Assembly: GCA_036267955.1 (NCBI GenBank)
Contig: DATAVB010000161.1
Location: forward strand, 36,095 to 60,094
Origin: Mycobacteriales bacterium
GTDB taxonomy: Bacteria; Actinomycetota; Actinomycetes; Mycobacteriales; QHCD01
Direction of reading: 5' to 3'
DNA: 24,000 nt
Part shown: positions 1 through 8,460 of the stretch, piece by piece
Numbering within the stretch: the first letter of the stretch is position 1
Layout of the letters: every line of letters starts with the position of its first letter
The notes under the pieces: model-generated
Told to the model about the DNA's origin: nothing
Database searches by the model: none
What the model saw: only the letters and a program-made list of their open reading frames with translations
Translations under genes and position numbers: made by a program

Positions 1-713
1 AGCCCGAGGACGAGTACTGGATGCAGGGCTTCGGCTCCAACTACCTCACGTACGACGTCGCCGAGGCGAACAAGCGGCTGGACAAGGCCGGCCTGACCAG
101 GCGGGGCAGCGACGGGATGCGGCTGCGCCCGGACGGCAAGAAGCTGCAGATCAACGTGCTGACCTTCCCGCTCGGCGTCGGCGTGCCGGTCATCGACGGG
201 TATCAGTACGTGCAGCGCTACTGGAAAGCCGTCGGCATCAACATGCAGATCCAGAACGTCTCGCAGGACCTCTTCTACAAGAAGGCGCCGGACTGCGACT
301 ACGACTTCTGCGGATACGGCTCGGCGGCCGGCTACCACTGGGACATCGACCCGTTGTGGTACGTCCCGACGTCGTCCTTCACCTACTGGGCGTGCCTGTA
401 CGGCAAGTGGTACGAGAGCGGTGGGACTGCGGGCGAGAAGCCGCCGGGCGTCTACCGGCAGCTGCAGCTCTGGTACGACGAGCTGCGTGGCACCGCCGAC
501 CGGAAGCGGCAGCTCGACCTCGGGCACAAGATCCTGCAGCAGCACAATGAGAACTGCTGGATCATCGGCATCGTCCGCATCCCGTTCCAGCCAATCGTGG
601 TCAGCAACGACATGATGAACGTCCGTAAGGACGCTGTGTCGAGCTTCCGCACCGGCCTCGACGAGACGACCCTGGTCGAACAGTTGTACTTCAAGAACCC
701 GGAAAAACATTAG
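1..713 (+). CDS. ABC transporter substrate-binding protein (family-5 peptide/nickel type), C-terminal fragment; 5' end lies upstream of the window
   Basis: The frame is open from nt 3 to TAG at 711-713, so the listed Met at 21 is internal. Third-position GC is high. Co-directional DppB/C/D/F-type genes follow after 95 bp. The family call rests on operon context and general resemblance only. Confidence 0.7.
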   Translation, partial: PEDEYWMQGFGSNYLTYDVAEANKRLDKAGLTRRGSDGMRLRPDGKKLQINVLTFPLGVGVPVIDGYQYVQRYWKAVGINMQIQNVSQDLFYKKAPDCDYDFCGYGSAAGYHWDIDPLWYVPTSSFTYWACLYGKWYESGGTAGEKPPGVYRQLQLWYDELRGTADRKRQLDLGHKILQQHNENCWIIGIVRIPFQPIVVSNDMMNVRKDAVSSFRTGLDETTLVEQLYFKNPEKH

Positions 714-808
714 AGATTGGGCAAGGGCTTCATCGAGAGGCGACTGTGCCCTAGACTCATGCAAACGTTCGCGCTGGACGCCGGCGACGACCCCGCAGGG
801 AGCGGTCT

Positions 809-1801
809 ATGACACGATTCGTGATACGCCGCGTGCTGTACATGATCCCGACGCTCATCCTGATCTCGTTCACGGCGTTCATCATCATCCAGTTGCCGCC
901 CGGCGACTTCCTGACCACGTACGTGGCGAGCCTGCAGAAGGCCGGCCAGACAGTCGACAACGCGCAGTTGGCCGCGTTGAAGCAGCGCTACGGGCTCGAT
1001 CAGGGTTTCATCGTGCAGTACTGGAAGTGGATCAGCGGGATCATCTTCCACCTCGATTTCGGGCAGTCGTTCGAGTACAACCGCCCGGTTTCGTCGCTGT
1101 TGAGCGCCCGGCTCCCGCTGACCATCGCGCTGGGTCTCTGCACGCTGCTGTTCAGCTGGGCGATCGCATTGCCCGCCGGTATCTATTCAGCCGTCCGCAA
1201 ATACTCGCTCGGTGATTACGCGCTGACGACACTGTGTTTCCTCGGTGTTGCGGTCCCCGGATTCCTGGTCGCGCTGGTGGCGGCCTACCTGGAGTTCAGC
1301 GTTCTGCACTGGAGTGTCGGCGGATTGTTGTCGCCGCAGTTCACCGGTGCACAGTGGAACCTGGGCAAGCTGTTCGACTGGTTGCGGCACTTCTGGCTCC
1401 CGGTGATGATCATCGGTGCGGAAGGTACGGCCGGCGTGATCCGGATCCTGCGGGCCAACCTGCTCGACGAGCTGCACAAGCCCTACGTGGTCACGGCCCG
1501 GAGCAAGGGCGTCTCGGAGCGCCGCCTGCTGGCGAAGTATCCGGTGCGCATCGCGCTCAACCCGTTCGTCAGCACGGTGGGTTGGGTGCTTCCGGCGCTC
1601 ATCAACGGCGAGGTGATCGTCTCCTCGGTGCTGGGCCTGAATACCACCGGCCCGCTGCTGCTGGGCGCACTGCAGGGCCAGGACATGTATCTGGCCGGCA
1701 GCATCATTCTGGTCATCAGCACGTTGACCGTCGTCGGCACGCTGATCTCCGACATCGCACTGGCCCTGATCGATCCACGTATCCGCGTGCAGTATGCGTA
1801 G
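809..1801 (+). CDS. ABC transporter permease, DppB/OppB type
   Basis: 330-aa ORF with ATG at 809 and GGGAG 6 nt upstream. N-terminus RFVIRRVLYMIPTLILISFTAFIIIQLPPGD is typical of this family. Multiple hydrophobic spans. EAA-loop-like segment TARSKGVSERRLLAKYPVRIALNP. Confidence 0.9.
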   Translation: MTRFVIRRVLYMIPTLILISFTAFIIIQLPPGDFLTTYVASLQKAGQTVDNAQLAALKQRYGLDQGFIVQYWKWISGIIFHLDFGQSFEYNRPVSSLLSARLPLTIALGLCTLLFSWAIALPAGIYSAVRKYSLGDYALTTLCFLGVAVPGFLVALVAAYLEFSVLHWSVGGLLSPQFTGAQWNLGKLFDWLRHFWLPVMIIGAEGTAGVIRILRANLLDELHKPYVVTARSKGVSERRLLAKYPVRIALNPFVSTVGWVLPALINGEVIVSSVLGLNTTGPLLLGALQGQDMYLAGSIILVISTLTVVGTLISDIALALIDPRIRVQYA

Positions 1802-1831
1802 CCGGATGAGTGCCATTAACGAGGTGGTGAC

Positions 1832-3061
1832 ATGACCCGATCTGACCGCGACGCACCGGCTCCGTCGTTGGACGCCGCCGCAGATGCGGGAGCGACCGGC
1901 CAGCTCGATCCGGTCGCCGTCTCCGCTGTGGCCGTCGAGGAGGCGGCACTCGGGCCGGCGCCGGCCGAGCTGGCCGACAAGGGCAACAGCATTTACGTTG
2001 CTCCACAGTGGAAGCTGGTGTGGTGGCGTTTCCGCAAACACCGGCTCGCCGTCATCGGCATGGTCGTCACGATCCTGCTCTATCTGGTGGCGATCTTCTG
2101 CGAGTTCGCCGCGCCGAGCACGCGGGATGCCTACAACGCCTCGTATTCCTATGCGCCGCCGCAGTGGGTGCACGTCTCGGTGACGAGCAGTCCGCACATC
2201 TACGCGTACGCCTATACCTCGAAGGTTGACCCCAACACGCTGGAACGGACCTTCACACCGGACAAGACGCACAAGATCCCGCTGAGCTTCTTCGTGCACG
2301 GCGACAAGTACAAGATGTGGAATCTGTTCTCCTCCGACATTCACCTCTTCGGCGCGCACCAGGGCCAGCCGTACTATCCGATCGGCGCCGATCAACAGGG
2401 TCGGGATCTGCTGTCCCGGATCATGTACGGCGCCCGAATATCCCTCTCGGTGGGTCTGATCGGTGTCGCGTTCAGTCTCGTGCTCGGCATTCTGCTCGGC
2501 GGCGCGTCCGGCTATTTCGCCGGCAAGACGGACATGGCGGTGCAGCGGTTCATCGAATTCGTGATGTCGATGCCCACGCTGCCGCTCTGGTTGGGCTTTG
2601 CCGCGGCCATTCCACCTGGCTGGGGGCCGGTCAAGTCCTATCTGGCGATCACGGTGATCCTGTCGTTGATCGGCTGGACCGGCCTGGCCCGGGTGGTCCG
2701 CGGTCGGTTCCTGCAGTTGCGCACCGAGGATTTCGTGCTGGCCGCCGAATTGGACGGGGCCCGGAAACCGCGCATCATCGTCCGCCACATGCTGCCGGCC
2801 TTCTCCAGCCACATCATCGCGACACTGACCCTGGCCATTCCGGCGATGATTCTGGGCGAGACCTCGCTGTCCTTCCTCGGTCTCGGTCTGCAGGCGCCGG
2901 TGGTCAGTTGGGGTGTGCTGCTGTCCGATGCGGACAACCTGCGGGTCGTCTCCGACGCGCCGTGGTTGCTGGCGCCCGGGGTCGCGGTGGTCATCGCCGT
3001 GCTCGCCCTCAACTTCGTCGGTGACGGTCTCCGCGACGCCGCCGACCCGTACGTGACCTGA
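1832..3061 (+). CDS. ABC transporter permease, DppC/OppC type, with an Ala/Asp-rich ~60-aa N-terminal extension
   Basis: 409-aa ORF with ATG at 1832 preceded by GAGGTGG. Motif WKLVWWRFRKHRLAVIG precedes TM1. EAA-loop-like AAELDGARKPRIIVRHMLPAF. C-terminal LNFVGDGLRDAADP is typical of the family. Confidence 0.88.
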   Translation: MTRSDRDAPAPSLDAAADAGATGQLDPVAVSAVAVEEAALGPAPAELADKGNSIYVAPQWKLVWWRFRKHRLAVIGMVVTILLYLVAIFCEFAAPSTRDAYNASYSYAPPQWVHVSVTSSPHIYAYAYTSKVDPNTLERTFTPDKTHKIPLSFFVHGDKYKMWNLFSSDIHLFGAHQGQPYYPIGADQQGRDLLSRIMYGARISLSVGLIGVAFSLVLGILLGGASGYFAGKTDMAVQRFIEFVMSMPTLPLWLGFAAAIPPGWGPVKSYLAITVILSLIGWTGLARVVRGRFLQLRTEDFVLAAELDGARKPRIIVRHMLPAFSSHIIATLTLAIPAMILGETSLSFLGLGLQAPVVSWGVLLSDADNLRVVSDAPWLLAPGVAVVIAVLALNFVGDGLRDAADPYVT

Positions 3062-3073
3062 GAGGCCGGGAGA

Positions 3074-4183
3074 ATGAGTACGCAACCGTTGCTCGAGGTA
3101 AAAGGGCTAAAAACGCAATACACCATGGCCGAGGGTGTCGTGCGGGCCGTCGACGGTGTCGATCTGCGCGTGTCACCCGGTGAAACGCTCTGCGTGGTAG
3201 GCGAATCCGGCTGCGGCAAGAGCGTGACAGCGCGCTCGATCCTGCAGCTGGTCGACGCGCCCGGCAAGATCGTGGACGGCCAGATCCTCTTCGACGCGGG
3301 CGAAAACCACGTCGCAACCCAGAGCAGGAAGAAGCGTAAGAAGGACGATCTCAGCGAGGCGCTGCCGGCCGGGACCGTCGACATCGCCAAGCTCGACCCG
3401 CGCGGTGAGCAGATCCGGGCGATCCGCGGCAAGGAGATCTCGATGATCTTCCAGGAGCCGATGTCGTCGCTCTCGCCGGTGCACACCATCGGCAACCAGA
3501 TCATCGAAAACATCCTGTTGCACGAGCAGTTGACCAAGAAAGAGGCGCGGGAGCGGGCGATCGAGGAGCTGCGGCACGTCGGCATTCCGCGGCCGGAGGA
3601 ACGGGTCGACTCCTACACGTTCCAGCTCTCCGGCGGAATGCGGCAGCGTGCGATGATCGCGATGGCGCTGGCCTGCCGGCCCAAGCTGCTCATCGCCGAC
3701 GAGCCGACCACGGCGCTGGACGTCACCACCCAGGCCCAGATCCTGGAGTTGCTGCAGACGCTGCAGGAGCAACTCGGCATGGCGATCATCTTCATCACCC
3801 ACGATCTCGGCGTCGTGGCAGAGATCGCCGACCGGGTGTCGGTGATGTATCTCGGCCTGGTGGTCGAGGACAGTGACGTCGACTCGATCTTCCATTCACC
3901 GCAACACCCGTACACGCAGGCGCTGCTGCGTTCGCTGCCGATGGTCGGCAAACGTTCGCGCGAACATCTGGCGACCATCCGCGGAATGGTCCCGCATCCG
4001 TACAACCGGCCGCCGGGCTGCCCGTTCCACACCCGATGCGACAAATTCATTCCGGGCCACTGCGACACGGATCTGCCGCTGCTCATCGAACGGTCCGATC
4101 CGGCCAACCCGCTGCCCCGCGCGGTCCGCTGTGTGCTCTACGACGAGGCCGAGATGGCAACGGTCGACGGGAAGGCGAGCTGA
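3074..4183 (+). CDS. ABC transporter ATP-binding protein, DppD/OppD type
   Basis: Walker A GESGCGKS, signature LSGGMRQR, Walker [14 protein letters not shown]-loop ITHDLGV. The C-terminal Cys-containing oligopeptide-transporter tail (GCPFHTRC) is present. Confidence 0.92.
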   Translation: MSTQPLLEVKGLKTQYTMAEGVVRAVDGVDLRVSPGETLCVVGESGCGKSVTARSILQLVDAPGKIVDGQILFDAGENHVATQSRKKRKKDDLSEALPAGTVDIAKLDPRGEQIRAIRGKEISMIFQEPMSSLSPVHTIGNQIIENILLHEQLTKKEARERAIEELRHVGIPRPEERVDSYTFQLSGGMRQRAMIAMALACRPKLLIADEPTTALDVTTQAQILELLQTLQEQLGMAIIFITHDLGVVAEIADRVSVMYLGLVVEDSDVDSIFHSPQHPYTQALLRSLPMVGKRSREHLATIRGMVPHPYNRPPGCPFHTRCDKFIPGHCDTDLPLLIERSDPANPLPRAVRCVLYDEAEMATVDGKAS

Positions 4184-5211
4184 TGGAGCAGGAGACGCTG
4201 CTGGACATTCGCGATCTGCGAATGGAGTTCCGGTCCGGCGGCAGCTTTCTCGGTCGCCGCAAGAAAATGCGCGTCGGCGCGGTCGACGGGGTGAATCTGA
4301 CCGTACGGGCCGGCGAAACCCTCGGCCTGGTGGGGGAATCCGGCTGCGGAAAGACCACCCTTGGGCGCTGCGTTCTGCGGGCCTACAAACCGAGCTCCGG
4401 CGAGATGAACTACACCCGCAGCGACGGCTCCACCGTGGATCTGGCGAAGGTGGGGAACGCCGAGCTGCGGTCCTACCGCCGGGAGATCCGAACCGTCTTC
4501 CAGGATCCCAACTCCTCGCTCAACCCGCGGATGACCGTGTTGCAGCTGGTTGGCGAGCCGCTGCGGGTCAACAAACTGGCCAGTGGCAGTGAGCTGACCG
4601 ACCGGGTCGCCGAGACGCTGCGCCTGGTCGGGCTCCGGCCGGAATACATGCGGCGTTATCCACACGCCTTCTCCGGCGGCGAACGGCAGCGGATCGGCAT
4701 CGCGCGCGCCCTGGTCACCCGGCCGCGGCTGGTGATCGCCGACGAAGCGGTCAGTGCACTGGACGTCTCGGTGCGCAGCCAGATCCTCAATCTGCTGCAG
4801 GATCTGCAGCAGCAGCTGGGCCTGACCTACATCTTCGTGTCGCACGACCTGTCGGTCATCCAGCACCTCTGCGACCGGGTCGCGGTGATGTACGTCGGCC
4901 AGATCGTGGAGACCTCCGAGACCGACGAGCTTTTCGCGCAACCCAAGCACCCCTATACCGAGACGCTGCTCGCGGCGCTGCCGCGCCCGGATCCGCGGCT
5001 GCGTAAGAAGGAACGTGCCGCCACCCTGCGCGGTGAGGTCCCCGATCCGGCCAACCCGCCGGACGGCTGCCGGTTCCACCCGCGGTGCCCGTACGCCCGG
5101 GACAACTGCCAGGAGCGGGTGCCGGACCTGGCCGCCATCACCCCCGAGCACCACGCCCGCTGCATCTACGCCACCGAGCTGGAGCTGCGAGGCGTGGCCA
5201 CCTCGGTGTGA
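4183..5211 (+). CDS. ABC transporter ATP-binding protein, DppF/OppF type
   Basis: Walker [10 protein letters not shown], signature FSGGERQR, Walker [13 protein letters not shown], tail [10 protein letters not shown] chose the ATG at 4183, which overlaps the upstream TGA (ATGA coupling). The listed ORF start at 4036 would overlap 147 nt of the preceding gene. Confidence 0.9.
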   Translation: MEQETLLDIRDLRMEFRSGGSFLGRRKKMRVGAVDGVNLTVRAGETLGLVGESGCGKTTLGRCVLRAYKPSSGEMNYTRSDGSTVDLAKVGNAELRSYRREIRTVFQDPNSSLNPRMTVLQLVGEPLRVNKLASGSELTDRVAETLRLVGLRPEYMRRYPHAFSGGERQRIGIARALVTRPRLVIADEAVSALDVSVRSQILNLLQDLQQQLGLTYIFVSHDLSVIQHLCDRVAVMYVGQIVETSETDELFAQPKHPYTETLLAALPRPDPRLRKKERAATLRGEVPDPANPPDGCRFHPRCPYARDNCQERVPDLAAITPEHHARCIYATELELRGVATSV

Positions 5212-5222
5212 CGCCCGATCGG

Positions 5223-6155
5223 CTACTCCTGCTGGCCGGTGACCAGATGGGCGAGCGCCGCATAGAGCCGGTCCCGGCGTTCGGCCACGCCGGCCGGATC
5301 GTCGGGAGCGGCCAGTACGCCCTGCCCGGCCTTGTGCCCGAGCCGTCCGGCCGCGACGAGTTGGCGGACCAGCTCCGGCGGTTCGAACCGCTCGCCGTGC
5401 GCCGAGGAGAGCGCCTGATACGCGCCGAGATACACGTCCAGGCCGGCCATGTCACCGATAGCGAAGGGCCCGAAGAACGGCAGCCGGAATCCGAACGAGC
5501 CGCGGACGATCTCGTCGACCTCCTCGGCGGACGCGATCCCGTCGGCCACCACGGCCACGGCTTCCTTGAACATCGCGAACTGAATGCGATTGGCGACGAA
5601 ACCCGCGCTGTCCCGAACGATCGACGGCTGCTTTCCGACATCGCGGAGAATTCCGGCGAGAGTCTCCACCACGGCCGGATCGGTGGCCGTGGTCGGGATC
5701 AGCTCTACACAAGGGATCCACTGTGGCGGGTTGAACCAGTGCGCCCCCAGAAATTGCGTCGGCCGGGTCAGCGGCTCCGCCAGCCGGGTGATCGGAATCG
5801 CCGAGGTATTGCTCGCGACGATCGTCGTGGGCGAGCTGGCCGATTCCACCCGGCCGAGCACCGCGTGCTTGATCTGCGGATCCTCCGGCACCGCCTCCAA
5901 CACGAGGTCCGCGCCGGAAACCGCGTTCTCGATGGAGTCGCAGGCGAGCACGCCGTCGGCGGTGGCGTCGGCTGCATCCGTCGTGAGCAGGCCAATTTCG
6001 GCGTACCGCCGGGCCTGTCCGATCGCCCGCTCCCGCGCGGCGACCGCCAACTCTGCCGAGGCGTCGGCAATCCGGCACCGGATCCCGCCCTGGGCGAATA
6101 CCTGGGCGAAACCCATACCCATCGTGCCGGTGCCGACAATTGCGACCTGTTGCAT
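5223..6155 (-). CDS. NAD-dependent 3-hydroxyacyl-CoA (3-hydroxybutyryl-CoA) dehydrogenase family protein
   Basis: N-terminal Rossmann motif VAIVGTGTMGMGFA. Conserved SNTSAI, HWFNP and GFVANR motifs of the 3HCDH N and C domains. AAGGAGA lies 7 nt upstream of the ATG at 6155. Confidence 0.85.
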   Translation of the reverse strand: MQQVAIVGTGTMGMGFAQVFAQGGIRCRIADASAELAVAARERAIGQARRYAEIGLLTTDAADATADGVLACDSIENAVSGADLVLEAVPEDPQIKHAVLGRVESASSPTTIVASNTSAIPITRLAEPLTRPTQFLGAHWFNPPQWIPCVELIPTTATDPAVVETLAGILRDVGKQPSIVRDSAGFVANRIQFAMFKEAVAVVADGIASAEEVDEIVRGSFGFRLPFFGPFAIGDMAGLDVYLGAYQALSSAHGERFEPPELVRQLVAAGRLGHKAGQGVLAAPDDPAGVAERRDRLYAALAHLVTGQQE

Positions 6156-6180
6156 CGGTGCGTCTCCTTACCGGTGATCG

Positions 6181-6208
6181 GCAATATTGCTGTCGGCAGG
6201 GCACTGCC
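6181..6208. promoter_or_regulatory. Candidate operators in the dehydrogenase/IclR divergent region
   Basis: Perfect 10-bp palindrome GCAATATTGC (6181-6190), followed by inverted repeat GGCAG-N4-CTGCC (6195-6208), inside the 146-bp divergent intergenic region. No binding data exist; position and symmetry are the only evidence. Confidence 0.3.
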
Positions 6209-6301
6209 TCGCGGCCGCCGACCGCTCATGCCTACCATCGGGATTGGCTCGTACGACTCCCATCCTGGCACCGTAGCCCGCGAGAACAGGGGAGCAGCAT
6301 C

Positions 6302-7159
6302 GTGACAACAGAGCAGGTCGCCGCCGACGGCGGGTCGCCGTCGGCGGCTTCGTCAGATGCGCCGTCGGATTTGCCGGACGATGCCCGCCCGCGATCCATC
6401 TCCACCGATCGCACCCTCACCGTGCTGGAGACGCTCGTCGAGTCCGAGACACCGCTGACCCTGACCTCGCTCGCGCAGGTGGCGGGCATCCCGTTGGCGA
6501 CGTGCGCGGCCATCGCGCAGACCCTGGAGCAGCGCGGCTATGCCTCCCGGCAGGTCGTGGGGCGCAGCCATTTCTGGCGTCCGACGTTGCGGCTTTCAGC
6601 CCTGTCGGCCCGGCTGTTGCGCGCGATCGACCCGTCCGACGTGGCGAAGCCGCATCTGGAGGCGGTCGCCGACCAGCTCGGGATGCCGACCCACCTGGGC
6701 GTGTTGGACGGCTGGACCATCGTCTATGTGGCCAAGTCCGCGCCGCCGGGCTTCATCCAGTTCGACACCTATCCGGGCAAGATCTCCTCGTTCAACCTGA
6801 CCGCGCTGGGCAAGGCAATCGCGGCCTTCCTGCCGGACGGTGAGCTCGCGCCGCTGCTGCACCATCTGGCGACCGGCACCGGCCCCAAGGCGCGCCGCCG
6901 GGAGCAGTCCGCGCTGCAGGCCGACCTGGCCGAGATCCGCGAACGCGGGTACGCCGTGGAGGACCAGGAGGAACTGGCCGACATCGGTTGCGTTGCCGCG
7001 CCGGTTTTCGGCGCCGATGAAAGGGTCGCCTACTCCGTCGGGGTGACCGGGTTCTCTCGCGAGCTGCTGGACGAGCGGTTCGACGAGGCGGTCGAGGCGA
7101 TCCGCCGCGCCGCCAGCCGGATCTCCCGCGGCCTCGGCTCCTCCATCCCCTCCGCCTGA
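6302..7159 (+). CDS. IclR family transcriptional regulator
   Basis: N-terminal wHTH region RTLTVLETLVESETPLTLTSLAQVAGIPLATCAAIAQTLEQRGY, followed by an IclR-type effector domain. I chose the GTG at 6302 (AGGGGAG 7 nt upstream). The listed TTG at 6140 would overlap the divergent gene start. Confidence 0.82.
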   Translation: MTTEQVAADGGSPSAASSDAPSDLPDDARPRSISTDRTLTVLETLVESETPLTLTSLAQVAGIPLATCAAIAQTLEQRGYASRQVVGRSHFWRPTLRLSALSARLLRAIDPSDVAKPHLEAVADQLGMPTHLGVLDGWTIVYVAKSAPPGFIQFDTYPGKISSFNLTALGKAIAAFLPDGELAPLLHHLATGTGPKARRREQSALQADLAEIRERGYAVEDQEELADIGCVAAPVFGADERVAYSVGVTGFSRELLDERFDEAVEAIRRAASRISRGLGSSIPSA

Positions 7160-7192
7160 CCCCGCAAACCTCTCCCCCGCGACCTCCCCCCG

Positions 7193-7256
7193 GCACCCGC
7201 CTTTCCCAGCACCGCCCCGTTTCCCCGCACCGCCCCGTTTCCCCGCACCCCCTTTT
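7193..7256. repeat. C-rich 18-bp tandem repeat (GCACCGCCCCGTTTCCCC), two perfect plus two degenerate units
   Basis: Perfect units at 7209-7226 and 7227-7244. Degenerate units at 7193-7208 and 7245-7256. The minus strand reads G5-N3-G4-N4-G4-N6-G4-N4-G4. Confidence 0.9.
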
Positions 7257-7315
7257 CATGATCGTGATCGGTTTTTGGTTGCTATAGCCCCAACCACCGA
7301 TCACGATCATGAAAA
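7253..7315. repeat. Palindromic intergenic element, copy 1 (19-bp perfect arms)
   Basis: TTTTCATGATCGTGATCGG (7253-7271) is the exact reverse complement of CCGATCACGATCATGAAAA (7297-7315). The centre carries GGTTGCTATAGC (7277-7288). It is homologous to the element at 19696-19746. Confidence 0.9.
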
Positions 7316-7336
7316 ATCGGCGGCCGGCGTGGCCGA

Positions 7337-7415
7337 CTGACAGCACCTGTCAGCACCCGACAACGGCTGACAGAGATTGGCAGCACCTCTCAGCGGTCTG
7401 TGCGCGGGCTGACAG
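7337..7415 (+). promoter_or_regulatory. Phased CTGACAG motif cluster upstream of the DrrA-like gene (candidate operator array)
   Basis: CTGACAG at 7337, 7367 and 7409. Its complement CTGTCAG at 7347. Degenerate CTCTCAG at 7387. Spacings are 10, 20, 20 and 22 bp. CAGCACC also recurs three times (7341, 7351, 7381). The cluster lies 60-135 bp upstream of the ATG at 7474. Confidence 0.45.
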
Positions 7416-7473
7416 CGGTCTCCCGGATTGTGGGTCACGTACCAGTGAGCCACCACCGCGAGGAGACCGACCG

Positions 7474-8460
7474 ATGTCCCACTCCCAGACTCGGGGCCAG
7501 CCCGAGTACGCGATCCACGCCGAAGGGATGGTCAAGCGCTTCGGCAAGACTGTCGCCCTCGACGGCGTCAACCTGTCGGTCCGGGCGGGCACGGTGCTCG
7601 GACTGCTCGGCCCGAACGGCGCCGGCAAGACCACGGTGGTACGGGCACTGGCCACGCTGATCCGGCCGGACGCCGGGCATGCGGTGGTCGGCGGCTTCGA
7701 CGTCGTCCGCGATGCGCAGAAGGTCCGCGAGCTGATCGGGCTCACCGGCCAGTACGCCGCGGTCGATGAGGAGATGACCGGGATCGAGAACCTGATCCTG
7801 ATCGGCCGGCTGCTGGACCTGTCCCGGGCGACGGCCCGGCGGCGGGCGAACGAGTTGCTCGAGCGCTTCGAGTTGACCGACGCCGGCGGCCGCGCCACCA
7901 AGACCTACTCCGGCGGCATGCGGCGCCGGCTCGACCTGGCCGCCAGCCTCGTCGGCAATCCGCGGGTGCTCTACCTCGACGAGCCGACCACCGGACTCGA
8001 CCCGCACAGCCAGGGCGAGGTGTGGAACATCGTCCGCAGCCTGGTCGCCGACGGTGTCACCGTGCTGCTCACCACCCAGTACATGGATGAGGCCGACCGC
8101 CTCGCCAGCGAGATCGTGGTGATCGACCACGGCCGGGTGATCGCCGACGGGACCCCTGACGAGCTGAAAACGGCGGTGGGCGGCCAGATCCTGGAGGCCC
8201 GGGCCGCCGACACGACCAAGACCGAGACGCTGGCCGCGATGATGCAGGGACTCGTCGGCACCGAGCCGGCCCGGGAGGGCGACGGCACGCTGCTGACCGT
8301 GCCGGTCGCCGACCCGGCCATGCTGCCGGCTCTCGTACGCCGGCTCGACGAGGTCGACATCGTTGCCAGTGAGCTGGCCCTGCGCCGCCCCAGCCTCGGC
8401 GAGGTATTCCTCGCCCTGACCGGGCACGGCACCGATGACAAGGAAGAGGTCGCGGCATGA
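7474..8460 (+). CDS. ABC transporter ATP-binding protein, DrrA-like (ABC-2 exporter family)
   Basis: Walker A GLLGPNGAGKTT, signature YSGGMRRRLDLA, Walker B VLYLDEPTTGLD. I chose the ATG at 7474 (GGAGA 7 nt upstream). The 55 codons from the listed start at 7309 have only about 60% GC3 and begin inside the palindrome. Confidence 0.9.
   Translation: MSHSQTRGQPEYAIHAEGMVKRFGKTVALDGVNLSVRAGTVLGLLGPNGAGKTTVVRALATLIRPDAGHAVVGGFDVVRDAQKVRELIGLTGQYAAVDEEMTGIENLILIGRLLDLSRATARRRANELLERFELTDAGGRATKTYSGGMRRRLDLAASLVGNPRVLYLDEPTTGLDPHSQGEVWNIVRSLVADGVTVLLTTQYMDEADRLASEIVVIDHGRVIADGTPDELKTAVGGQILEARAADTTKTETLAAMMQGLVGTEPAREGDGTLLTVPVADPAMLPALVRRLDEVDIVASELALRRPSLGEVFLALTGHGTDDKEEVAA

Noticed and set aside
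1187-3085. 632-aa ORF on the minus strand
   Set aside because: It is antisense to two well-supported permease genes. The product is Arg/Gly/Asp/His-rich low-complexity sequence with no motifs. This is a typical stop-codon-poor shadow ORF of high-GC DNA.
5212-5222. Very short convergent gaps (5211/5223, 9290/9295, 20756/20769) with no room for terminators
   Set aside because: This is common in compact high-GC actinobacterial genomes. By itself it is not evidence of a special mechanism. The 9290/9295 case is mentioned under the AfsR-like finding only.
7309-7473. 55-codon N-terminal extension of the DrrA-like ATPase (listed ORF start at 7309)
   Set aside because: GC3 of the extension is only about 60% versus about 90% downstream. 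It starts inside the palindromic element and runs through the CTGACAG cluster. The ATG at 7474 has a good GGAGA SD and gives a normal-length N-terminus before Walker A.
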